DNA of 32,760 nucleotides, from NCBI GenBank assembly GCA_002725925.1, contig PBRL01000068.1, positions 1-32,760 on the forward strand, in the 5' to 3' direction. This document shows, piece by piece, positions 9,864-18,747 of this stretch. The translations under genes were made by a program, and so were the position numbers. The first letter of the stretch is position 1; every line of letters begins with the position of its first letter. This DNA comes from Chloroflexota bacterium (GTDB lineage Bacteria > Chloroflexota > Dehalococcoidia > Lucifugimonadales > Lucifugimonadaceae). The notes beneath the pieces were generated by a model, which did no database searches, was not told where the DNA came from, and saw nothing but the letters and a program-made list of their open reading frames with translations.

Positions 9864-11075
9864 ATGAATATTGATAGTGACTCTGCAAGTAGTTTTCAAC
9901 TGCCACCAGAGGTGTTGGAAATTTGTGAGCTTGCTGAAGGCATTGTCAGCAAAGAACTTATGCCTCTGGAAACTGAGTTTCTGACTTCACCAAATCATGC
10001 TTTTGGCATTAAAGAAACGCTTAATCTGCAGGCAGTATTTGGCCAGGACACTCTTGATCATTTAATGAAAATAGCCAAGGACACTGAGTTATGGACTTTA
10101 ATGATTCCTGAGGAATTCGGCGGTGCTGGGCTCTCTATGTTGAGTAAGGTGGCTATTTTAGAGCGGTTTTATTACACGGCTGTACCTTTTCCTTTTGCTA
10201 ACGTGCCCAATATTCTCTATGACTGTAAAGGCGAACAGATTGAAAAATATTTAAACCCAGTGATGAGTGGAGAAAAAACCACCTGTTTTGCACAAACTGA
10301 ACCAAATGCAGGATCAGATCCTGGTGGGATGATGAAAACCAAGGCGGTTAAAGATGGGGATGACTGGATTATAAATGGCACCAAAATGTGGATTTCCATG
10401 GCCGCTGAATGTGATGTCATGATGGTTCAAGTTGTCACAGATGACGAAAAACGTCAGCGTGGTGGTATTACTATGTTCCTTGTCGAACGCAACAATCCAG
10501 GTGTTAAAGTAGAAGAACCAGGAATCAAGACCTGGCTTGGACCACGAGCGTCTCAATACATTGTTCATTTTGATGATTGCAGAGTTTCTGGAGATGCCAT
10601 TTTAGGTGGTGTTGGTAATGGGTTTCGACTAGGCCAACGATGGTTAACTATACATGACCGTTTGCTTAGAGGTCCGTTCGCCTTGGGTAAAATGCAGCGC
10701 GCACTTGATATGTGTATTTCATGGTCTAAACAGCGACATACATTTGGTAAACCCCTTGCAAAACGTCAGGCTATTCAATGGAAATTGGTGGATATGTATA
10801 CCGACATTCAATCATTGCGCGCACTAACATATCAGATGGCTGCTCGTTATGATCAAGGCGAAGATATTAGAGTGGAAGCTGGTTTGATTAAATTAACATC
10901 AATGGACTGGGGGACTCGTTGTTTGGATCATGGCATCCAAATCCATGGAGCAATGGGTGAGTCGCTCGAATTGCCCTTGACATTATTTTATCGTTATCTT
11001 AGGCATGGCCAGATTGGTGGAGGGACTAGTGAGATACAACGAATGCAGATTGCCCGAAAATTACTCAAAGATTAA
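9864..11075 (+). CDS. Acyl-CoA dehydrogenase family flavoprotein
   Basis: PEEFGGAG, FAQTEPNAGSD, INGTKMWIS, RHTFGKPL, QIHGAMG and GGTSEIQR motifs. Confidence 0.92.
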   Translation: MNIDSDSASSFQLPPEVLEICELAEGIVSKELMPLETEFLTSPNHAFGIKETLNLQAVFGQDTLDHLMKIAKDTELWTLMIPEEFGGAGLSMLSKVAILERFYYTAVPFPFANVPNILYDCKGEQIEKYLNPVMSGEKTTCFAQTEPNAGSDPGGMMKTKAVKDGDDWIINGTKMWISMAAECDVMMVQVVTDDEKRQRGGITMFLVERNNPGVKVEEPGIKTWLGPRASQYIVHFDDCRVSGDAILGGVGNGFRLGQRWLTIHDRLLRGPFALGKMQRALDMCISWSKQRHTFGKPLAKRQAIQWKLVDMYTDIQSLRALTYQMAARYDQGEDIRVEAGLIKLTSMDWGTRCLDHGIQIHGAMGESLELPLTLFYRYLRHGQIGGGTSEIQRMQIARKLLKD

Positions 11076-11144
11076 CGGGCATGCAAAAAATAAAATAATG
11101 AAAAAAAATAATACAAGCAGGCAACAAAACTAATAGGTAAGAAT

Positions 11145-12503
11145 ATGAATGATTTTAAACATGTAACTGCAACTGAAGAGCAATATGGTTCACCTGCTTA
11201 TGCTTGGTATGTTGTCATAATCTTATTATTTGCCTATGTCACCTCATTTCTTGACCGTACTATTCTAACTTTACTAGTAGAACCAATTCGAGAAACTCTC
11301 AATATTACCGACTTGCAATTAAGTCTTCTTCATGGGTTTGCTTTCGCGGTATTTTATGTTTCTCTTGGTGTTCCTATAGCACGATTTGCTGACTCACATA
11401 ATCGTGTGAAATTAATTTCTGCAGGTGTTTTGGTCTGGAGTGTTATGACTGCATTTTGTGGATTAGCGAGAAACTTTACTCATATGTTTTTAGCCAGAGT
11501 TGGTGTAGGTATAGGAGAAGCAACGCTTTCTCCAGCAGCTTACTCAATAATCAGTGATTATTTTCCAGTTGAAAAACGTCCAAGAGCATTTAGTGTTTAC
11601 CAGACTGGAATTTATGTAGGTATGGGTTTAGCGATGATCATAGGAGGCTATGTTATTGCAGTAGTGCCCTCTATCAATATGCCATTTTATGGTCCTATGG
11701 AACCTTGGCAAGTCGTGTTTCTATTGGTTGGTTTACCAGGATTATTAGTATTTTTATTATTAAGGACAATTCGAGAGCCTGAACGAAAAGGTATGATGGT
11801 CGATGCTGAAGGCAATACAACTATTTCATTTAGAGAAGTATTATCTTTTATAGGCGCCAGACGAGGAGCTTATGGTTATGTAATTGGTGGTGTGGCTGCT
11901 AAGAGCTTAGCGTTCTATGGTGTAGCGGCTTGGTTACCAACATACTTTATTCGAACTTTTGGTTGGGATGCTCAAACTATTGGTCTTTGGTATGGTCTTG
12001 CTAGTATTATTTTTGGCGTGATCGGTATTAATACTGGTTCAAGTGTAAGTGTTTGGCTTCGAAATCGAGGATACAATGATGCTAATGTACGCATTTGCTT
12101 AGGTGCTGAAGCCTGCTTGATACCTATAGGTATACTCGCTTCTTTAATGCCAACACCAGAATTATCGATGATTTTTTATTGCGGGTTCATTTTCTTTGCT
12201 AGTTTCTCAGTAGGATGTCAAGCAGCTGCTCTTCAAGAGATAACACCTAATCAACTTCGCGCTCAGGTCTCAGCTATTTATCTTTTTTGCACTAACATGG
12301 TCGGCATTGGTTTTGGGCCAACATTCATAGCGTTTTTTACAGATGTAGTATTCAAAAATGATGCTTTAGTTGGCTACTCTATGTCTATTGCTGTGGCTGT
12401 TGCATGTCCTATAGGAGTATTTTTATTTTGGCGGGGTTTAAAGCCTTATCGCAAATGTTTAGATTTAGCTAAACAAAATTATGCTTCTCCAAGTTCACAT
12501 TGA
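11145..12503 (+). CDS. MFS transporter (spinster-like)
   Basis: About 12 hydrophobic segments; FLDR, ARFAD and RVGVGIGEA motifs. Confidence 0.92.
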   Translation: MNDFKHVTATEEQYGSPAYAWYVVIILLFAYVTSFLDRTILTLLVEPIRETLNITDLQLSLLHGFAFAVFYVSLGVPIARFADSHNRVKLISAGVLVWSVMTAFCGLARNFTHMFLARVGVGIGEATLSPAAYSIISDYFPVEKRPRAFSVYQTGIYVGMGLAMIIGGYVIAVVPSINMPFYGPMEPWQVVFLLVGLPGLLVFLLLRTIREPERKGMMVDAEGNTTISFREVLSFIGARRGAYGYVIGGVAAKSLAFYGVAAWLPTYFIRTFGWDAQTIGLWYGLASIIFGVIGINTGSSVSVWLRNRGYNDANVRICLGAEACLIPIGILASLMPTPELSMIFYCGFIFFASFSVGCQAAALQEITPNQLRAQVSAIYLFCTNMVGIGFGPTFIAFFTDVVFKNDALVGYSMSIAVAVACPIGVFLFWRGLKPYRKCLDLAKQNYASPSSH

Positions 12504-12531
12504 GATAGTATAAATGTATAAAGGAAGAATA

Positions 12532-14009
12532 ATGAATGCCTATCAAATCTATATTAATGGCCAATGGTGTGACTCATCTTCTGGAAAGTCATTTGATAGT
12601 CTGAATCCTTATACAGGAGAATCTTGGGCATCTATACCTCAATGTAATGCCTCTGATGTTGATGCTGCTGTAGAAGCAGCTAACACGGCATTTATGAGTG
12701 AAGCATGGCGAGACCTAACCGCTACCGCTCGTGGAAAAATGGTTAAAAAATTCGGTCAAGTTTTGTTAGATAATGCTGAAAAACTAGCAACTATTGAGGT
12801 GCGTGATAATGGGAAACTTTATACCGAAGTCATCAATCAATGTCGTTATATGACTGAATGGTTTGGGTATTTTGGCGGACTTGCTGACAAAGTAGAAGGA
12901 GCCGTTCCGCCGATTGATAAGCCCAAAGTACTCAATTATACGCGATATGAGCCTCTAGGAGTTTGTGCCTGCATAACACCATGGAATTCGCCACTATTAT
13001 TGTTGGCATGGAAGTTAGCACCAGCCTTAGCGGCAGGCAATACAGTAGTTATTAAACCATCTGAATACACCTCTGCTTCAACCTTAGAGCTTGCGAAACT
13101 ATCAGAATTGGCCGGATTCCCACCAGGTGTGATTAATGTGGTGACTGGCTATTCCGCAGAGGTTGGAGAGCCCTTAGTATCTCATAAGAAAGTTAGAAAA
13201 GTTGCCTTCACTGGCGGAGAAGAAGGTGGACGAAATGTTAATATTTCTGCTGCTGCAGATTTTAAAAAAGTCACATTAGAATTGGGAGGCAAATCAGCCA
13301 ATATTGTTTTCGATGATGCAGATTTAGATCAAGCGGTTGATGGTGCTATTTCTGGTATCTTTGCCGCCAGTGGACAAACCTGTATTGCTGGGTCCAGGCT
13401 TTTACTTCAAGATACAATTCATGATGAATTTCTTGAACGCTTGATTGATATATCTAGAATCGCAAAACTTGGCGACCCAATGTCTCAAGATACTCAAATT
13501 GCCCCTATTGCCAATGAGCTCCAATACAAAAAAATATTGAAATATATAGATATAGCTAAAACCGAAGGAGCAGAATGTGTCTTGGGTGGAGACACTGCTT
13601 CTGTTGAGGGCAAGCATAAAGGATTATTTGTTTTGCCAACAATATTTGCAAACGTTGATAACAGTATGAGAATTGCCCAAGAAGAAGTATTTGGACCAGT
13701 CCTTTCAGTAATTCGATTTAAAGATGAAGATCAGGCAATTTCTATTGCCAATGATGTTGATTATGGGTTAGCGGCAGGGGTTGGACAAAAAGTCTTAATC
13801 GAGCTATAAACGTATCAGAACAATTACAGGCGGGAACAGTTTGGGTGAATACCTATAGATCTACAAGTTACACATCACCATTCGGTGGTTATAAATCAAG
13901 TGGTTTAGGAAGAGAAAATGGTCAACAGGCAATTAAAGAATACCTTCAGGTGAAGAGTGTATGGCTGCACACAGGTGAGGCCACTAAGAATCCTTACGCT
14001 CGACGTTAA
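12532..14009 (+). pseudogene. NAD(P)+-dependent aldehyde dehydrogenase with a 1-nt frameshift at about 13781 (real lesion or sequencing error)
   Basis: PWNSP, KPSE, FTGG, LELGGK, GQTCIAG and EEVFGP motifs. Adding one T at 13781-13782 restores GVWTKSLNRA...GTVWVN...PFGGYKSSGLGRENG through TAA at 14007-14009. Start placed at ATG 12532 after AAGGA. Confidence 0.88.
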
Positions 14010-14079
14010 GCGAGATAAGGATAGTCGAGAACTTAAAAGAAAGAAGCAGCCAAGAGGAAATACTTTATAGGAGACGCTA

Positions 14080-15984
14080 ATGAATACTACTAAACTAAAA
14101 AAAAGCATAGTAACTGCTATGTTTCTAGCTTTAGGGCTGACTAATTTATCCTGCTCTAAAACTGCCTCAGAGTATGGTGAGCTTTCGGGCATAGTCAATG
14201 GGACTGATGTTGATGTGCTGCCTGTAGTTTATGCATATAACACTGATAAAGATGTGGGCTACACCGTATTTGTTGTTGATGGTGAATATCGCGCTAATCA
14301 CATGATTAGCGGCAACTATGATGTGACATTAAGGCCGGCTATTGGCCAACTAAAAAGTTTTAGCTCTCAAACTGTTAGTTTTTTCATCGACAAAGGCGAT
14401 CATGCGGAGGCTGATTTTACTATTACGGATATAGAAACGGTGTCCAATTATGTTGGTGGAATGGATTACCCTGATGCACAGACTCTTCCCTATGACGAGA
14501 TATATCCGCCGGGTCCTGGACGAGATATTTTCGAAAGAACCTGTCATGGTTGCCATACAGCTAATTTTTATTCTTATAATGCCGTAAGGTCTTATTCTGG
14601 TGGACGAGCTCCAAAAAATAAGGATGCCTGGGCTATAACAGTTGACCGCATGCATAAAGGCGCCGCTTTCGGTGTCCAAGGCAAGGCTTCCATGTTTGAC
14701 CCAAAATATTTACCGCCTGAAGATCGAGATATATTAGTTGATTATCTCGCAGATAATTTCAGTGCTGAGGCGCCACCCAAGGTGATACAACTAGAGGTGG
14801 AACCCGAACTGGACTTGTCTGCACTAAAGTCTGCCATGTTTGTTGAGTATATTTATCGAGAGCCAGAGGGTAAATATTCAGTAGATCCTTGGCCTCACCA
14901 GGTAGATTTTGACCTTGATGGAAATGTTTGGTTAGCTTATACCGCTTGTTGTATTGTCAAATTTGATCCTCGTACAGGTGAACAAACTGTGTTTGAAGAT
15001 CATGGTGGTGGTCATGGTATTGCAGTTGATCAAACTGATGGTTCAGTTTGGTATTCGGGTGACGTAGTGCGTCATTTAGATCCTGAAACCGGTCTTGTTG
15101 ATCACTGGAAGGCGCCAGGGAACCTCTTCTTAGGAAGTAATACGCAGATTTTTGACTCTAAAGGAAATCTTTGGTTGTCCCTTCTAGGGGCCGGAGCTCT
15201 AGGTAAATGGGAGCGAGAAACAGACACTATCAAATACTGGAACGTCCCTGTTATACGCAGTCGACCCTACGGCATTGTTATGGACCATAATGACAAAGTC
15301 TGGTTTGCTGATTACCATAATAATGGCGTGACTCGATTTGATCCTGATACGGAAGAATTTAAACACTTTAATCTCATTAAGACTGACAATGTAACGGCTA
15401 TTAGACGTTTAGGCGCTGACTCAAAAAATATGATTTGGGCAGGTACCTGGGGTAATTTGGCATTTAACAATTCAAGTTTGTACAAATTGAATCCAGAAAC
15501 TGAAGAAGTTACAGAGTATCCATCAGGCATTCCCTATGGTGCTATTTATAATGCTGAAGCTGACAACCAAGATAATATTTGGATAGCTCCAGACAACTAT
15601 GTTTCGAAATTTGATCAAGCGACTAATACATTTACCCACTACCCAATACCTACTCGATCTGACAGTTTAAAAACTACCATAACCAGAGATGGCGGTGTCT
15701 GGTTTATCTATCGTAATGCTGGGAAATATGCTGGTTACGGTGGCAGCGCAGTGGTCTTATATCCAGATATGAATAAGATCAAAACCTTGGCTGCATTCCA
15801 TGACGAAAATAGCGCTGGATATGCACTTAGTGGGTATCAGGGACCGCCGTCTCCTAAAGCTAAAGGCGTCGATCGCCACGTTGCTCTAGGCGCTCAGAAC
15901 GCGGATGAATATAAAATATTTGCTTTGGCAAATGGGTTGATAGAGAAAGAAGGTCAAACTTTAACAGAGGAAAACCCGGAATGA
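14080..15984 (+). CDS. Exported (possibly lipoprotein) beta-sandwich + cytochrome c + Vgb-like beta-propeller protein, paralogue 1
   Basis: Signal peptide ending LSC; CHGCH at 14542-14556 with downstream W..TVDRM; repeated D..G.VW and RFDP.T blades. Confidence 0.85.
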   Translation: MNTTKLKKSIVTAMFLALGLTNLSCSKTASEYGELSGIVNGTDVDVLPVVYAYNTDKDVGYTVFVVDGEYRANHMISGNYDVTLRPAIGQLKSFSSQTVSFFIDKGDHAEADFTITDIETVSNYVGGMDYPDAQTLPYDEIYPPGPGRDIFERTCHGCHTANFYSYNAVRSYSGGRAPKNKDAWAITVDRMHKGAAFGVQGKASMFDPKYLPPEDRDILVDYLADNFSAEAPPKVIQLEVEPELDLSALKSAMFVEYIYREPEGKYSVDPWPHQVDFDLDGNVWLAYTACCIVKFDPRTGEQTVFEDHGGGHGIAVDQTDGSVWYSGDVVRHLDPETGLVDHWKAPGNLFLGSNTQIFDSKGNLWLSLLGAGALGKWERETDTIKYWNVPVIRSRPYGIVMDHNDKVWFADYHNNGVTRFDPDTEEFKHFNLIKTDNVTAIRRLGADSKNMIWAGTWGNLAFNNSSLYKLNPETEEVTEYPSGIPYGAIYNAEADNQDNIWIAPDNYVSKFDQATNTFTHYPIPTRSDSLKTTITRDGGVWFIYRNAGKYAGYGGSAVVLYPDMNKIKTLAAFHDENSAGYALSGYQGPPSPKAKGVDRHVALGAQNADEYKIFALANGLIEKEGQTLTEENPE

Positions 15985-16022
15985 ATAACTTATTCAGGTG
16001 GTTGTATCAAAAAAATTGATGG

Positions 16023-16034
16023 TCCAATATTGGA
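16023..16034. promoter_or_regulatory. Perfect palindrome TCCAATATTGGA upstream of the IclR gene (possible autoregulatory site)
   Basis: 12-bp palindrome sharing the CCAnTAyTG core with the 17-bp boxes. Confidence 0.35.
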
Positions 16035-16134
16035 TAGTGCGTGACTAAAATCTATACACCCTTAAAACTCAGGCCTACTATAAGTTATAGGAGTAGCAAG
16101 CCTAGGGTCTCTAGTAGGCAGATGGGGAGATATT

Positions 16135-16953
16135 ATGATGATTAGATCATTGAGCAATGGCCTTGAAATACTGATTTTTTTAAATAAGCGAAACAGCGCT
16201 AGCGCAAGCGAACTATCTCAGAAATTGGGCATACCAAGGGCCACAGTATATAGAATACTAAACACATTGGAAGAAAAGGGTTTTGTATACAAACACCCAG
16301 ATAATCATCGCTACTATATGACACCAAAAGTGAAAGCCTTGAGTGATGGCTATAGAGACGGTGATCAACTTGCCATTCTAAGCAGACCGTATTTACTGAA
16401 CATCACGGAGACTTTGCGATGGCCAGTTGCTCTTGCCTGCATATCGGGGGTGGAGCTAATTTTACGTGACAATACAGACAAGATTAGTCCCTTAGCAATA
16501 GAACATTTTAGTAACGGTTATCCTGTTCCTATCCTTGGATGTGCGTCCGGACCATGTATTTTGGCTCATCTCAGCCTCGCCAAACAGCGCGATATTCTAA
16601 ATGTCTTACATGACACTGGTCATTTACGAGAGCAAACCAATGAATCGGTGGAGGAAATAATAGGGTCACTGAAAACAATAAGAAAGCAGGGCTACTCCAT
16701 GCATAGCCGGCAGAGAAATAAATCCTATGTTGGATATACGCGAATCTCTGATTTGACATCCCTTTCGGTGCCAATTATTAAAAAAAATAAACAGAGTATA
16801 GGTGCAATAACCATTCGCTATGCAACTCCTGCAGTAACTAAAGAAAAAGCTCTGCAAGACTTTTTGCCAGTAATGGTGAAAACGGCGTCGTCTATTATTG
16901 AGCGAGTAGTGGCTAATCAAACGGCTGAACAAGAAAATATCGTTCTAAATTAA
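16135..16953 (+). CDS. IclR-family transcriptional regulator (MhpR-like)
   Basis: IRSLSNGLEIL, HTH LGIPRATVYRILNTL, C-terminal IRKQGYS...SLSVPI. Confidence 0.9.
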   Translation: MMIRSLSNGLEILIFLNKRNSASASELSQKLGIPRATVYRILNTLEEKGFVYKHPDNHRYYMTPKVKALSDGYRDGDQLAILSRPYLLNITETLRWPVALACISGVELILRDNTDKISPLAIEHFSNGYPVPILGCASGPCILAHLSLAKQRDILNVLHDTGHLREQTNESVEEIIGSLKTIRKQGYSMHSRQRNKSYVGYTRISDLTSLSVPIIKKNKQSIGAITIRYATPAVTKEKALQDFLPVMVKTASSIIERVVANQTAEQENIVLN

Positions 16954-17856
16954 AGTGCGCCACTCTTTGTGATCTGCGTTGGGGTCACGAACTATGGTAA
17001 AGTAATCCTGCCTGATCTTGTCGGTGATTGGCCCGACATTACCATCACCCAAGCTCAAATGATCAATGGATGTAACTGGAATAATTTCTTGTCCCGTACC
17101 GCATAAAAAGGCTTCATCTGCAAAGTATAGTTCGCTGCGATCGATGCTACGTTGCTCAACTTGATTTCCTGTTGTTTCTTGATAGCAAGTGATAACAGTA
17201 TCCCGAGTGATGCCCTCTAAAATATTGCTTGAGCATGAAGGGGTAATCAGTTTTCCATCACGAACCATAAAAAAGCAGGCGATGGGCGCCTCAGATACAT
17301 AGTCATCTGGAGTGAGCATTAAAGCACCATCATAGCCATCCAATTTTGCCTGATGTACGGCTAATCGAGCGTTATGATAATTCGCTGTTGCTTTGATTCT
17401 GGGTGGGCTTGCATTATCAGATAGTCGCCTCCATGAGCTTACCCCTAGACTCATTCCATGTTCAGCAAATACCGCTTTTTTTCTAGGCATTGCCGCCGCG
17501 GTAAACCCGACAGGACCTGTGGTCGCTAACAATCCTTGACCTTCAATATAAACTAGAAGCTTGATGTAGACATCAGAGTCAGGTTTGTTTGCTCTTATCA
17601 AATTTATTAAACAGTCAGTCAAGTATTGGTTGTCATAGGTATCCTCAAATCGCATCACCTTCATACCCACTTTTAGCCGTTTTAAATGTTCTTCTACACG
17701 GAATAGGGAGAACTGATTGGTATCTGGCACATGGTAGGCACGCAACCCCTCAAAAACAGTTGTGGCGTAGGTCACAGCGAGAGATAAGGGATGTATGTGA
17801 GCATCTGTAAATGGCATGAGCTCTCCATTCATCATAATAATGTCACTTTTCCACAC
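16945..17856 (-). CDS. PLP fold-type IV aminotransferase (IlvE/branched-chain-like)
   Basis: VFEGLRAY, HLKRL, Schiff-base Lys in RIKATANY, ILEGITR, ADEAFLCGT. Confidence 0.92.
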   Translation of the reverse strand: MWKSDIIMMNGELMPFTDAHIHPLSLAVTYATTVFEGLRAYHVPDTNQFSLFRVEEHLKRLKVGMKVMRFEDTYDNQYLTDCLINLIRANKPDSDVYIKLLVYIEGQGLLATTGPVGFTAAAMPRKKAVFAEHGMSLGVSSWRRLSDNASPPRIKATANYHNARLAVHQAKLDGYDGALMLTPDDYVSEAPIACFFMVRDGKLITPSCSSNILEGITRDTVITCYQETTGNQVEQRSIDRSELYFADEAFLCGTGQEIIPVTSIDHLSLGDGNVGPITDKIRQDYFTIVRDPNADHKEWRTLI

Positions 17857-17893
17857 TAGCTCAGCCTCTATTACTCCCGAACGATGCCATTAG

Positions 17894-18469
17894 TTAGCTT
17901 AGTTCCAAGGTGTCGGTGGTAACTATCGTGCTTAATTTCTGCATGTTTTCCAGGCTACGCTGATGATCTTTATCATTGGCAGCGATACAGCAATCAGAGA
18001 TTATAGTTACCACAAAATCTCGGTCATGAGCCTCTCTTGCAGTTGACTCAACTACCATATCAGTGGCTACTCCAATCAAGAATAGCTCTTTAATACCCAT
18101 AGTTTTGAGTGTCAGATTCAATGCCGTGCCATAGAAGGCACCGACTCGATGTTTGGTGATAATCAACTCATCTGGAAATGGGGCCACTTCAGATAAAAAT
18201 TCGGTGCCCCAGCTATCTAACTTAAAGGCTCCAAAGTTATGGGCTTGTCCCATGAGCGGAGAGGTTTTTGGCTGTTCTGCATAGCTGGCTGAGAAACCTA
18301 CACGAATATGTAGCACGGGAAAACCAGCTTGCCTAAATTTCGACTGAGTTTGTGCTGCTCGCAGAAGGCATTTGTGAGTTTGATTAAATGCGGCATACCC
18401 TTTGCTTGCTACCTTACCTTCTGGGTGTACGATATCATTTTCAAAATCGAGACAAAGAAGTGCTTTCAT
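17894..18469 (-). CDS. Isochorismatase-family hydrolase lacking the nucleophilic Cys
   Basis: ALLCLDFENDIV, ITKHRVGAF and GVATDMVVESTAREAHDRDF motifs. Start reassigned to ATG 18469. Confidence 0.88.
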   Translation of the reverse strand: MKALLCLDFENDIVHPEGKVASKGYAAFNQTHKCLLRAAQTQSKFRQAGFPVLHIRVGFSASYAEQPKTSPLMGQAHNFGAFKLDSWGTEFLSEVAPFPDELIITKHRVGAFYGTALNLTLKTMGIKELFLIGVATDMVVESTAREAHDRDFVVTIISDCCIAANDKDHQRSLENMQKLSTIVTTDTLELS

Positions 18470-18586
18470 AGAGTATTTTTCTTGATTGAATGTGGTTTTT
18501 AGAGCGGTTATTGATACCTGTAAATTGCACAATTTCTATCCTAATCATAAGAGTAAGCGTTATAAGAGCAAGTTCAAAAGAATGCT

Positions 18587-18603
18587 TGCCTCAATAATGG
18601 ACA
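18587..18603. promoter_or_regulatory. 17-bp IclR-type operator candidate, inverted (reverse complement TGTCCATTATTGAGGCA)
   Basis: 14/17 match to 920-936; lies in a divergent intergenic region. Confidence 0.6.
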
Positions 18604-18621
18604 AAATCTGGATCCATCGAT

Positions 18622-18638
18622 TGCCCACTACTGAGACA
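18622..18638. promoter_or_regulatory. 17-bp IclR-type operator candidate TGCCCACTACTGAGACA
   Basis: 16/17 identical to 920-936; upstream of propeller paralogue 2. Confidence 0.7.
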
Positions 18639-18747
18639 TTTTTGGTATTGCGGTTGATTATCGCAGAGGTTAGTTAATCCTAGAGTATTAAACAAAATAG
18701 GTCTATTTTGATCTTTGATGTGCCTTAAAAAACTATTATAGGAGTCT

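Noticed and set aside
16073-16119. Inverted repeat GCCTACTA/TAGTAGGC and palindrome CTATAAGTTATAG upstream of iclR
   Set aside because: Short, single occurrence, long loop and no U tail; no function can be supported.
8149-17856. Branched-chain amino acid biosynthesis (ilvB + ilvE)
   Set aside because: There is no ilvH/N, ilvC or ilvD; the ThDP enzyme is divergent and translationally coupled to hyuA.
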